Origin: Nitrospirota bacterium
GTDB lineage: Bacteria; Nitrospirota; UBA9217
Reading direction: 5' to 3'
NCBI GenBank assembly: GCA_963737155.1
Contig: CAVTRN010000002.1
Span: 1,312,001-1,376,000, forward strand
Length of the DNA stretch: 64,000 nucleotides
Positions 37,083-46,580 of this stretch are shown here, piece by piece. Position numbers and translations under genes: made by a program. Each line of letters opens with the position of its first letter. Position 1 is the first letter of the stretch. The notes beneath the pieces are model-generated. The model was given only the letters and a program-made list of their open reading frames with translations, did no database searches and was not told where the DNA came from.

Positions 37083-37627
37083 TCAAGATAAATCTTCTGC
37101 CTACCAAGAAAAGGCCTCCGAAGAAGGTTATTGATCTTCAGCAACAACTGCTCCTCGGGTTCCTGATTCTTGTGCTCGTGCTGATGGCGATGGCCTTCTT
37201 CTGGACGCGTCAAAAGGACCGGATAACGGCTCTTCAGATGGAAAAAGTTTCCACAGAAGCGCGTATTCGGTCCCAGGATGATACCCTCAGGGACGTAAAG
37301 GATGTGGAAGAGGGGCGAAAACAAATAGCTGAAAAGATCGAAGTTATCGAAAAACTTAAAAAAAATCAGGCAGAACCGGTCAGACTTCTTGATGAAGTAA
37401 GTAAAGCCTTGCCAGTGGGCGTAAATTTGACATCATTGATTGAAATCAACGATAACATTAATATCGAGGGCGAAGCTTTCACCAATGATAATGTCGTGAA
37501 ATTTGTAGATAATCTTAAAGCATCACCTTATCTGTCCAATGTAATGTTGCTTGAAACCAGTCAGATCAAACTTGAGACATTTGATATATACAAATATAAA
37601 CTTCAATTTGTATATAAGGGGTTGTGA
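37079..37627 (+). CDS. pilN: Type IV pilus assembly protein PilN
   Basis: MIKINLLP motif, TM helix, coiled coil, operon position. Confidence 0.93.
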   Translation: MIKINLLPTKKRPPKKVIDLQQQLLLGFLILVLVLMAMAFFWTRQKDRITALQMEKVSTEARIRSQDDTLRDVKDVEEGRKQIAEKIEVIEKLKKNQAEPVRLLDEVSKALPVGVNLTSLIEINDNINIEGEAFTNDNVVKFVDNLKASPYLSNVMLLETSQIKLETFDIYKYKLQFVYKGL

Positions 37628-38235
37628 TGGCCTCCTTTTCTTTATTAGAAAAAATCCAGAAGATCCCTACCAAGACACGGCTGATCGTTTTCTGTGGCAT
37701 TGTTGTTCTTCTTCTTATCACCTATATTATTCAATATCAAATCCCCATGAATACGGAAATAAAACAGCTGGATAGTTCGCTATCCGATTTAAGAAATACG
37801 GTGAAAGTAAATGACTCAAGGATTAAAAAGCTTGAAGATCTGAAGACGGAAGTCAAAGCATTGCAGGAGCGATTGGTGGTCCTTACCGAACAGTTGCCCC
37901 CTGGATCGGAAGTGTCCGGTCTCTTGTTGCAGATTCAGAAACTGGTAAACGAATCGGGCCTTGTCCTCAAGCTCTGGAAGCCGGACAAGCAGCGGACCCA
38001 TCCAAGCGGCCTCTATGAGGAAATTCCGATATCTCTCGTTTTGACGGGCGGATACAACAATACGGTGTCATTATTTAGCCGTATAAGCAAACTTACCCGC
38101 ATAGTGGATATTCTCAATATTAAAATGGGCAATGCAAAAGTGGATGCAAGCGGGAATGTTGAATTGGACATTAATTGCACGGCAATGACATTCGCTGCTG
38201 CGGAGAAAAAAGTTGAGCCGAAGAAAGTACAATAG
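37627..38235 (+). CDS. pilO: Type IV pilus assembly protein PilO
   Basis: TM, coiled coil, QLPPGSEVSGLL, YEEIPISL, ISKLTRIV. Confidence 0.9.
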   Translation: MASFSLLEKIQKIPTKTRLIVFCGIVVLLLITYIIQYQIPMNTEIKQLDSSLSDLRNTVKVNDSRIKKLEDLKTEVKALQERLVVLTEQLPPGSEVSGLLLQIQKLVNESGLVLKLWKPDKQRTHPSGLYEEIPISLVLTGGYNNTVSLFSRISKLTRIVDILNIKMGNAKVDASGNVELDINCTAMTFAAAEKKVEPKKVQ

Positions 38236-38734
38236 CTCTTTACCAATCATCGTTCTGGTCTTCATGGCAGGATTCTGGATAGCGGGTTGCTCCAAATCCG
38301 GTGAGGGGCCGAGCACAATGACGCCTATTGCGGCGACGAAAATGGCACAAAAACCCCTTAGCCGGGGCACTGCGACAGCAGTGGAAAAACCGGTGGTTGC
38401 CTACTCTTTTGACTTATTTGGTCGACGAGATCCCTTTGCTCCGCTAGTAGCCAAGGAAGAAAAGAAGGCCAACGCTGATCTTTCGCCTTTGGAGCGTTAT
38501 AATTTGGGTGATTTCAAGTTGACGGCGGTTCTCAGAGGTGGTTTTGGTGATAATGCCATGGTTGAGGCCCCCGATGGCAAAGGGTATGTTGTTCATGTCG
38601 GTACAGTTATAGGGCTGAATAAAGGTGTGGTAAAAGAAATAACAGATAATAAGCTTATTGTCGAAGAAATATCCAAGAACTTTTCGGGTGGTTCGGAACG
38701 AAAAGAAATTGTAATTGAGCTCCAGAAAAAATAG
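38213..38734 (+). CDS. pilP: Type IV pilus assembly lipoprotein PilP
   Basis: Lipobox IAGC, GRRDPF, SPLERY, AMVEAPDGKGY..GLNKGVV. Confidence 0.9.
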   Translation: MSRRKYNSSLPIIVLVFMAGFWIAGCSKSGEGPSTMTPIAATKMAQKPLSRGTATAVEKPVVAYSFDLFGRRDPFAPLVAKEEKKANADLSPLERYNLGDFKLTAVLRGGFGDNAMVEAPDGKGYVVHVGTVIGLNKGVVKEITDNKLIVEEISKNFSGGSERKEIVIELQKK

Positions 38735-38745
38735 GAGGAGAGGCA

Positions 38746-41349
38746 ATGAAATATACTCAACCGCTAAAAGCTTATTGGTTGATTATCCTCATTTTATTCG
38801 TAACTGCATTCCATGGGTGTGCGGCGCAAGGGCCTTCAACTGCGTCGCAGCAGGGTGCACAGGTTGTTCTCACGAAAATTGAACCACGTGAAACGGATGG
38901 GAAAACAGAGATCACAATTGAAGCAACCGAGCCGATACAACAGTACACCTCCTTTCAATTAACTGATCCGCTGCGACTAGTCGTTGATATTGCAGACGCA
39001 AATATCGGAAAACTGCCTGATCGAATAGCCGTGAATAGTGGTGGAGTAACCGATATAACCCCTGCCCAGAAGGATAATATATCAAGGCTTGAATTCGGTC
39101 TATCGCGGGCAGTAGAAACGAAAGTCTATCAGTCTGAAGGAAAACTCGTTATAGAACTAAGCAAACCCGCTGAAGTGGCGCAGACTACCACTGAAACAGT
39201 TGCTCCCGCACCGACGCCGGAGTCAGCAACGCCGGAAACAGTGACCGCACCGACACCAACGCCTGAGTCAGCCACGCCGGAAACAGTGACCGCACCGACA
39301 CCAACGCCTGAGTCAGCCACGCCGGAAACAGTGACTGCACCTACACCGACGCCGGAGTCAACCACGCCGGAAACAGTGACCGCACCAACACCGACGCCGG
39401 AGTCAGCAACGCCGGAAACAGTGACCGCACCGACACCAACGCCTGAGTCAGCCACGCCGGAAACAGTGACCGCACCAACACCGACGCCGGCTACGGCGAC
39501 TGTCTCCGAAAAGACGGAGGCAGCACAACCGGAACAGGAAACGGCCAAATTCGTTACTTCAGTTAGAGCCAGAGTTGGGAAACACGGTATCCAAGTTCTC
39601 ATCACCGGTGACGGGGCTATGAAGCCTAATGCTTTTATGGTGGGGGGCATGAGACTCGTAGTAGACATCCCCGGCGTTCAGAGCAGCGTCAGACCGCGTG
39701 TTATACCAGTTCGCAAAGATGGACTTGACAAAGTTCGGATCGGACAGCATCCCGCACCGGACCTGAAGGTTCGCGTAGTGCTGGACCTCACACAAACGTT
39801 GCCGTATACCGTTACTGCTGTAGGGAATACGGTGCTGATTGCCATGAGCGAGGTTCCTGCTTTGCAGGCGGAGCAGACACAGCTTCAGGAGCAAGCCGCC
39901 GCCCAGGAACAGGAAAAGTCTGTAATTGCTGAGAAGGAAATATCAGCGCAGACCTCTACCCCTGTTCAGCAACCAGCACCGCTGATTGCAGAAGCACCTC
40001 CGGTTAAACAAGAACACGGGGAAGCCGCAAAGTCCGCAACTAGCGTCTCTGAAACGTCGTTGATTACCAACGGTGGTACGAAATTCACCGGGAGAAAAAT
40101 ATCGCTTGATCTCCAGGATGCAGACCTTGTCAATGTTATGAGGCTATTCGCGGAAGTAGCAAATTTGAACATCATTCTAGCTCCTAATGTAAAGGGCAAG
40201 GTAACGGTCCGAATGGTGAATATTCCGTGGGATCAGGCAATGGCTATCATTCTTAAGATGAACGGCTTGGGGTATGTATTGGAGGATCATGTCCTCCGCA
40301 TCGCCTCGATTGGAACATTGGCAAAGGAAGATGAGGAGGAGATGAGGGCCAAGGAAACCAAGAGAAAGGCGGAAGACCTTGTCATCCGAATTGTTCCCGT
40401 GAGCTATTCTACAGCCGCGACCATTGAGAATACTATTAGAAAGTCACTTTCTCCGCGTGGGGAAACCGTGACTGATGCCAGAACCAACACGATCATAGTC
40501 AAGGATATCGAGCGCAATGTCGACGAAGTGGTATCACTTATCAAAGTTCTTGACAAGCCCATTCCTCAGATCATGATTGAAGCCAGAATTGTGGAAGTTA
40601 CGGTGGACTTCAGCAATCAGATAGGTATTCAATGGGGCGGGAATTTCATGGCCAGTGCAGCAACTGGCAATCCCACGGGAGTTGCATTTCCAAGCACAAT
40701 TGGGATAACTGGTGGTCCGACCATGGGGGCTGTGCCGTCCGGAAACGGCAATTTCATCGTGAATGAGCCTGCGGCTTCGGGTGCCACAACAGGCGGCGGA
40801 GCAATTGGTTTTCAGTTCGGGTCTCTCAGCAAGGCGTTGAATCTTGACCTCGTGCTCTCGGCCTTGGAGTCTACTGGTGAAGGTAAAGTCATATCTTCTC
40901 CGAAAGTAAGCACGCTTGATAACAAAGAAGCCAAGATCCAACAGGGACTTTCGATCCCTTTCTCAACAACGTCTGCTTCAGGTACGCAGATACAATTTAT
41001 CGACGCAATCCTATCGCTCGACGTTACTCCCCACGCGACACCGGATGGCAAAATTTTCATGAAGATAGATGCCACCAAAAATGCTCCTAATACCTCAATT
41101 CTGGGGGCCTCGGGACAGCCTTCCATCCAAAAAAATGAGGCTTCAACTGAGATTCTTGTTACTGATGGAGAAACTGCAGTGATTGGCGGTATTCTGACAA
41201 TAGACCACTCGGTAAGTTATACGAAAATCCCATTCTTCGGGGATCTCCCGTTAATCGGTTTTCTCTTTAAAACCAAGTCTACGACCGATAATAAGGACGA
41301 ATTGCTGATTTTTATCACGCCGCGAATTGTTAGACAAGAGATCCTATAG
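38746..41349 (+). CDS. pilQ: Type IV pilus secretin PilQ (two AMIN domains separated by a Pro/Thr repeat linker)
   Basis: PLRLVVDI AMIN motifs, ISLDLQDAD, IPWDQA, QIMIEARIVE, GETAVIGG, ELLIFITPRI. Confidence 0.96.
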   Translation: MKYTQPLKAYWLIILILFVTAFHGCAAQGPSTASQQGAQVVLTKIEPRETDGKTEITIEATEPIQQYTSFQLTDPLRLVVDIADANIGKLPDRIAVNSGGVTDITPAQKDNISRLEFGLSRAVETKVYQSEGKLVIELSKPAEVAQTTTETVAPAPTPESATPETVTAPTPTPESATPETVTAPTPTPESATPETVTAPTPTPESTTPETVTAPTPTPESATPETVTAPTPTPESATPETVTAPTPTPATATVSEKTEAAQPEQETAKFVTSVRARVGKHGIQVLITGDGAMKPNAFMVGGMRLVVDIPGVQSSVRPRVIPVRKDGLDKVRIGQHPAPDLKVRVVLDLTQTLPYTVTAVGNTVLIAMSEVPALQAEQTQLQEQAAAQEQEKSVIAEKEISAQTSTPVQQPAPLIAEAPPVKQEHGEAAKSATSVSETSLITNGGTKFTGRKISLDLQDADLVNVMRLFAEVANLNIILAPNVKGKVTVRMVNIPWDQAMAIILKMNGLGYVLEDHVLRIASIGTLAKEDEEEMRAKETKRKAEDLVIRIVPVSYSTAATIENTIRKSLSPRGETVTDARTNTIIVKDIERNVDEVVSLIKVLDKPIPQIMIEARIVEVTVDFSNQIGIQWGGNFMASAATGNPTGVAFPSTIGITGGPTMGAVPSGNGNFIVNEPAASGATTGGGAIGFQFGSLSKALNLDLVLSALESTGEGKVISSPKVSTLDNKEAKIQQGLSIPFSTTSASGTQIQFIDAILSLDVTPHATPDGKIFMKIDATKNAPNTSILGASGQPSIQKNEASTEILVTDGETAVIGGILTIDHSVSYTKIPFFGDLPLIGFLFKTKSTTDNKDELLIFITPRIVRQEIL
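39196..39490 (+). repeat. In-frame 45-bp tandem repeat (about 6 copies) encoding VTAPTPTPESATPET
   Basis: Unit gtgaccgcaccgacaccaacgcctgagtcagccacgccggaaaca recurs at 39241, 39286, 39331, 39376 and 39421, with partial flanking copies. Confidence 0.95.
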
Positions 41350-41485
41350 TTATTAACAATGCTAATATTACGCAGACAAACTGGCAAATAGATAGAAGTC
41401 CTGAATAGATTCATTTGCGTTTATTTATTAGTGGATTTCAAGATTCAGCTTTATTATATAATCGGTGCAGTTGGAGGTGTCGAAA

Positions 41486-42019
41486 ATGAATATAAACCGT
41501 CGAACGTTAGCTGTTATTTCTCTTGTTACTTTAGCAGTATTTTCTTTATTGATCCAGGGCTGCGGTAACAAGGGCGAAAATGCTCCCGATGGATCAACGA
41601 TAACAATTAACCCGTCGACGCTAAATTTAACTAATCTTTATCTTTATGGCGACGCAATCCAGGATTATCAGGTTATTGTTAAATATAGTGACGGAACGCC
41701 TATCCCCTATGCCGATGTTAGGATTGCGGGGACTTATGCATATCCTGTTGTGAGCAGCGAGGTTGATTCTGCGCCATCCTATGCATTCTATGAGTATCCT
41801 GGCGCGAATGGTAACCCGTCAAATGTACTGGAAAACAACGGGTTTGTGGGGGAAACTGATGCGAATGGGGTTTATCAATTTTCAATTGAAATTTTTTCCA
41901 TGGTTTCGCTCACATCAGGAGGACCGCTGGCTCCAAATGTTTTTAGTGATACCATACTTGTCAGCTCCGGAACAGCTCAGGCTTCTACAACACTGGCTTC
42001 AACCGTAACCGCTCAATAA
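41486..42019 (+). CDS. Putative lipoprotein of unknown function, beta-rich
   Basis: GGAGG RBS, lipobox LLIQGC, Ig-like segments (TDANGVYQFSI); lower GC than neighbours. Confidence 0.75.
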   Translation: MNINRRTLAVISLVTLAVFSLLIQGCGNKGENAPDGSTITINPSTLNLTNLYLYGDAIQDYQVIVKYSDGTPIPYADVRIAGTYAYPVVSSEVDSAPSYAFYEYPGANGNPSNVLENNGFVGETDANGVYQFSIEIFSMVSLTSGGPLAPNVFSDTILVSSGTAQASTTLASTVTAQ

Positions 42020-42076
42020 TATGACTAAACAAACCTACCCTTACAATAATAATTTGAAACAAACAGCATCTCTTCC

Positions 42077-42108
42077 AAGCAGGGCTCTTTATTAGCCCTG
42101 CTTTTTTA
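42077..42108 (+). terminator. Rho-independent terminator at the end of the pil operon
   Basis: AAGCAGGGCT-CTTTATT-AGCCCTGCTT followed by a T-run. Confidence 0.8.
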
Positions 42109-42455
42109 ATTACTTCTAGGAATTTAACCACCAATAATTGCGGTGTCCTGTTCAGACCAGGAAAAAACATTACCGATATATTTCTATGCGGCCGCCGACG
42201 CTAGCCCTGCAACGACCAAAAAATGAAGCATCTTATTGATTTAGAATGAGAGCATCGTGCCAAATGTTTTTTTACGTTGGTGTGGAAATAGAAAACAGCG
42301 AAAAGTGATAGAAAAGGCGGAAGCCGAGTAAAGCGGGAAAGCAAGCGGAGTTCAAAACCACTGGGGATGTAAGGAAATAATGATGGCGAGAAGGCGTTAA
42401 TCCTCGTGGTGTTGAGGGACCGTAGAACCAAACAGGTTTTTTGTCGTTTCTGCTC

Positions 42456-42656
42456 TTATAATTTGTTCTGCTGACTCATACGGAGGTTTTTCTGTCGTCT
42501 TTTTTGAGCTTCCCTTCGCTTTCTCTTCTTTTTCAGAGAAGGTTTCTCGTAAAAGCGTCTATTTTTTAACTCCCGAAATAGTCCGTCATGCTGTATCTTT
42601 CGTTTGAGCAAGCGGATGGCTTTTTCGATGTTGCGATCATCAACTCTTATCTCCAA
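42456..42656 (-). CDS. rpsU: 30S ribosomal protein S21
   Basis: IEKAIRLLKRK, RRFYEKPS..KKRKRREA. Confidence 0.93.
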   Translation of the reverse strand: MEIRVDDRNIEKAIRLLKRKIQHDGLFRELKNRRFYEKPSLKKKRKRREAQKRRQKNLRMSQQNKL

Positions 42657-42982
42657 TTATTCTGTTTCCTTCCTCTGTCCCGATCAAATCCGCTCCGAGG
42701 ACCGCCTCTATTGCCGCCTGAAAAGCCACGATCTTTTTGAGGTCTGGCTTCACTGACATTGATCTGTCGGTCCGATACATTTGTACCATTCAGCGTAGCG
42801 GTTGCCTTGTCTGCCTCTTCGTCATTCGCCATTTCAACGAAGCCGAATCCCCTAGACCGCCCCGTTGCTGCATCAGTCACGATTTTGGCTGAAAGGACGT
42901 CCCCGAACGCCGCAAAGACGTCTTTAAGATTGTCTTCGGTCATCTGATACGATAAATTGCCGACATAGAGCTTTTTGGCCAT
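42647..42982 (-). CDS. RRM-domain RNA-binding protein
   Basis: KLYVGNL (RNP2), RSRGFGFVEM (RNP1), VSEARP, Gly/Arg tail; GGAGGAG RBS. Confidence 0.95.
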   Translation of the reverse strand: MAKKLYVGNLSYQMTEDNLKDVFAAFGDVLSAKIVTDAATGRSRGFGFVEMANDEEADKATATLNGTNVSDRQINVSEARPQKDRGFSGGNRGGPRSGFDRDRGRKQNNWR

Positions 42983-43111
42983 ATTCTCCTCCGTATTCAC
43001 GAAATTGTGCTGCGTTATCAGGTAACCGTCAAAATCTTGGTTTTTATCGCTAAATGGTTATTTGTTTCGGTTTTGCAGAGCGCTTCATCCTCTGTTAGCA
43101 CGGCGCAAAAC

Positions 43112-43151
43112 AAAAAAAGACTGCGACCCTTATCCCTAAGTTTCTGCAGTC
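43112..43151 (-). terminator. Putative terminator downstream of der
   Basis: Minus strand GACTGC...GCAGTC followed by 7 T. Confidence 0.5.
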
Positions 43152-43226
43152 CAGTAATTGACAAAAACTTGCTATTTTTCTTACCTGAATTTGTAATGAT
43201 ACTCTTTATCTATCAGAAAAGTCAAT

Positions 43227-44591
43227 CTATTTCTTCTTCCGAACTGGGCTTTTCACAGCGGCCCGTTCCTCTCTTCTTCTTTTAGTATAGATATTCACCG
43301 GTGTTCCTGTAAACCCGAAGGCATCACGAAGATTGTTTTCAATGTAGCGAAGATATGAAAAGTGCACGCCATCAGGATAATTGACGAAGACGATGAAGGT
43401 AGGAGGCTTGATTCCAGCTTGGGTGATATAGTAATACTTGACCCTTCTACCGTGAAAAAGGGGGGGTTCATGATGCCTCACGAGCTGCTCAAAGACCCGG
43501 TTAAGCTCAGAAGTCGGAACCCGCTTCTCGGTCTCCGCGACTACTCGGTCTATTTCATCGAATACTTTGGTGATGCGCTGTCGGGTTCTGGCTGATATAG
43601 TAAGAACAGAGGCATAGGTAGCGAACTTGAGCCGTTGCTGAATGTCGTTCATGAAGCGCTTGTAGGCCTCTTCCTTGTCCGGAACAAGGTCCCACTTGTT
43701 GAGAACGAGGATGAGACCCTTCCCCTCCTCATGCACGAGTCCGGCGATACGCTCATCCTGCTCGGTTATCCCCTCGGACGCATCAATAAGAACCAGAGCA
43801 ACATCAGCGCGGGTCAGACTTTTCATGGCCCTTATGACACTGTACTTTTCCACTCCCTGGCTTATTTTACCGCGGCTTCTGATGCCCGCGGTGTCTACGA
43901 GGATATACTTTTTGCCGTAGTACTGATACACACTGTCAACTGCATCCCTGGTCGTGCCCGCAACCGGGCTCACAATCATGCGGTCCTCGCCGATAAGGGA
44001 ATTAACGAATGATGATTTGCCAACATTCGGTCGTCCGATAATGGAAATGCGCGGGATGCTTGCTTGTTTTTCATCGTCAGGCCTCTGTCGCGTGTCAGGC
44101 AGCATGCGCCCAAGTTCATCCATCAGATCGGAAAATCCTGCGCTGTGCCGGGCTGACAAGGGGAAAAGGGTGTCGATACCGAGGCGATAAAAGTCCGGGA
44201 TAAGCCCCTCATGACGGGTCCCGTCCACCTTGTTGACGGCATAAAGTACGGGCTTGCCCGAGGCCCTAAGCCAGTGAGAGACCTCGATATCCGCCGGAAG
44301 GAGACCCTCTTTACCGTCCATAAGGAAGATGATGATATCGGCTTCTTCCACGGCAAGTGTGGTCTGCTCCCGCATCTTGGAATACATGTCGTCCTCAGTT
44401 TCCGGCTCGAAACCGCCTGTGTCTACGAGCATAAAACGTTTCCCGTCCCACTCGGCTTCGGCGTAATTCCGATCCCGGGTTACACCGGGCATGTCTTCAA
44501 CGATAGCAAAGTTTCTCCCGATTACCCGGTTAAAGAGTGTCGATTTACCTACATTAGGTCTTCCTACTATGGCAACTACTGGTTTCGGCAT
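43227..44591 (-). CDS. der: Ribosome biogenesis GTPase Der (EngA)
   Basis: Two GRPNVGKS P-loops, DTGG and DTAG, NKVD and NKWD, KH-like C-terminus. Confidence 0.98.
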   Translation of the reverse strand: MPKPVVAIVGRPNVGKSTLFNRVIGRNFAIVEDMPGVTRDRNYAEAEWDGKRFMLVDTGGFEPETEDDMYSKMREQTTLAVEEADIIIFLMDGKEGLLPADIEVSHWLRASGKPVLYAVNKVDGTRHEGLIPDFYRLGIDTLFPLSARHSAGFSDLMDELGRMLPDTRQRPDDEKQASIPRISIIGRPNVGKSSFVNSLIGEDRMIVSPVAGTTRDAVDSVYQYYGKKYILVDTAGIRSRGKISQGVEKYSVIRAMKSLTRADVALVLIDASEGITEQDERIAGLVHEEGKGLILVLNKWDLVPDKEEAYKRFMNDIQQRLKFATYASVLTISARTRQRITKVFDEIDRVVAETEKRVPTSELNRVFEQLVRHHEPPLFHGRRVKYYYITQAGIKPPTFIVFVNYPDGVHFSYLRYIENNLRDAFGFTGTPVNIYTKRRREERAAVKSPVRKKK

Positions 44592-45825
44592 AATAATTGA
44601 TTAACCTTGATTGCGGAGGTTATACTTGCAGATGCGCCACATGCACCTTATGCTGAAGGCTCCAGTGAGCACTCAGCGTTCCTTTGATTATCTGCAAGGT
44701 TCAACTTCTTGCATGTGAAAACGGGTGATGCAAGTCATCCGCTGTGGTTGACAGGCAAACGTGGAAGGCGCCGCCTGTCTAGTATTGAGTTTCCGCTTCA
44801 GTTCTCATGAATTTGATATGCTAATATATCATCTTTAGGATGGGACTCCAAGAAAAATCCTTGCGAATGCCCCCTGTTTATGTTATTTTTCACGTTGTCC
44901 TCCTCGGTATATCTTTATGCGGAGATATGTCGTTCTTGCAGTATGCCTGTTTTTCATTGCGGCACCGCCCGTCTTTGCAGGCTTTCTTACCGTTGGATTG
45001 GTAAGAATTGGGTAATATATTATACGAATACCTCTCAAAATATACCGTTCGAATACCGCAGCAGCGCTACAAAATAGTCGCCCGATGCATAGGCCGTAAG
45101 CTAGAGTTGCCCTCTCGCAGGCGGAGCAGGTGTCTTCCGAGGGCCGCTGAGACAAGTACGAGAGGGAAGGGCCATATTGGCGCAGGCTGGCGGCGAATCT
45201 GCATTTGAAACTCCGCGATTAGCGTGATAATTATAACTTGATTCTGAGGCAACTTGAAAATTTGGATAAGCAGATAAAATGCGCCGAACAACAAATAAAG
45301 CTTCTGAGTATAATCTGTGCATAAAAAAATGCAAATTTAAAGAAAAGTCTCGCATTCCGGCATAGCCATTATGCTGATTTAGAGTTGTATTGATGGCACA
45401 TTTGCCATTGCTGTTTTCATTCATCGTTGCTTACTACGTAGATGATGAATTTGAGGGCGACATTTGTAAGCCTATTCTGCAGCGATCAGATCTAATCATC
45501 TTACATAATTTCAGAACAGACACTGACTCGTTATCCAAAAAACATCCACCGCGTTGGCGAAGGCGACAAAAAAAAATGCCATCCGGTATTTTTAAATAGT
45601 AAGGAAGAGAAAGCTCGAAAAAGATATTGCAAATGAAAAGCGCAGACCCGAGGTTTGGTATTTCGGAGGAAACGCGCCAAACCGACGCCGATCCGGGATA
45701 TAAGCGGGAGTAATCCAGAATTACAGTTATAACGTGCTTAAGGCTCTGGCAACATCTTGCATCTAGGTCCGGCGGTCCGCAGCAATGGGTATGTCATCAG
45801 ACAATCCGATCGGCAGGAACAGGGA

Positions 45826-46494
45826 ATGAAACAGGTTATCATTGCAGAGAATGTTTTGCAAAACTTAGGGGAAAGCGCCACGTTGTTCAAGAGAGGCGGT
45901 TTGACCATTCATCCGGCTCGTTCTTCCGAGGAAATTCTTGTCCTTCACCGTGCGCATAATGTGGATCTCATCATAACGGATTTCGCTTTACCGCAGATGG
46001 GCGGTGTAAAGTTGTGTTCCATTATTCGCAGCGACTCCCGCCTGAAAGATGTGTCCTTGCTCCTGGTATGTGATGCCGCGGCAGTTGCGGAATGCCAAAG
46101 TGCGGGATCCAATGGTGTTATTTCGGCACCTTTTGGCGCAGCGGATTTATTTTCCCGCGTATCGGAATTGTTGCTGATTCCTCAACGGCAGGATATGCGC
46201 GCATTCCTCCACGTTTCTGTAGCGGAGGCGGAGGGGATGTCTTCCTTTCTCGGTGTTTCCCACAACATCAGCATATCAGGCATGCTTTTGGAAACCGAGA
46301 AGAACCTAAAAATCGGAGACCGCCTGCGCTGTATTTTCAGCATTAGCGGCCGGGAAATCGTCGCCGATGTCATAGTAGTGAGAGAAGTACAGGTAGCGCA
46401 GGGGAAATTTCGGTATGGAGTAAAATTTTTGAATCTCAATACGAAATCACTCATTATCATCAATCAATTTGTCATGGGTCGTATCAAACATTGA
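45826..46494 (+). CDS. Atypical receiver (REC) plus PilZ domain protein
   Basis: DLIITDFALPQMGG receiver; PilZ motifs RQDMR and NISISG. Confidence 0.85.
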   Translation: MKQVIIAENVLQNLGESATLFKRGGLTIHPARSSEEILVLHRAHNVDLIITDFALPQMGGVKLCSIIRSDSRLKDVSLLLVCDAAAVAECQSAGSNGVISAPFGAADLFSRVSELLLIPQRQDMRAFLHVSVAEAEGMSSFLGVSHNISISGMLLETEKNLKIGDRLRCIFSISGREIVADVIVVREVQVAQGKFRYGVKFLNLNTKSLIIINQFVMGRIKH

Positions 46495-46580
46495 ATTGAC
46501 AGGTTCCGTATCAGGGTGAGATTACTGAGCCTTCGAAACGTTACCTATCAGTGAATTGAAGTGTTTTTGGAGGGCATGCT

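Noticed and set aside
39129-39668. CRISPR array, or a real antisense Gly/Val repeat protein
   Set aside because: The repeats are contiguous without unique spacers, in frame within pilQ, with no cas genes; the antisense ORF is a shadow of pilQ.
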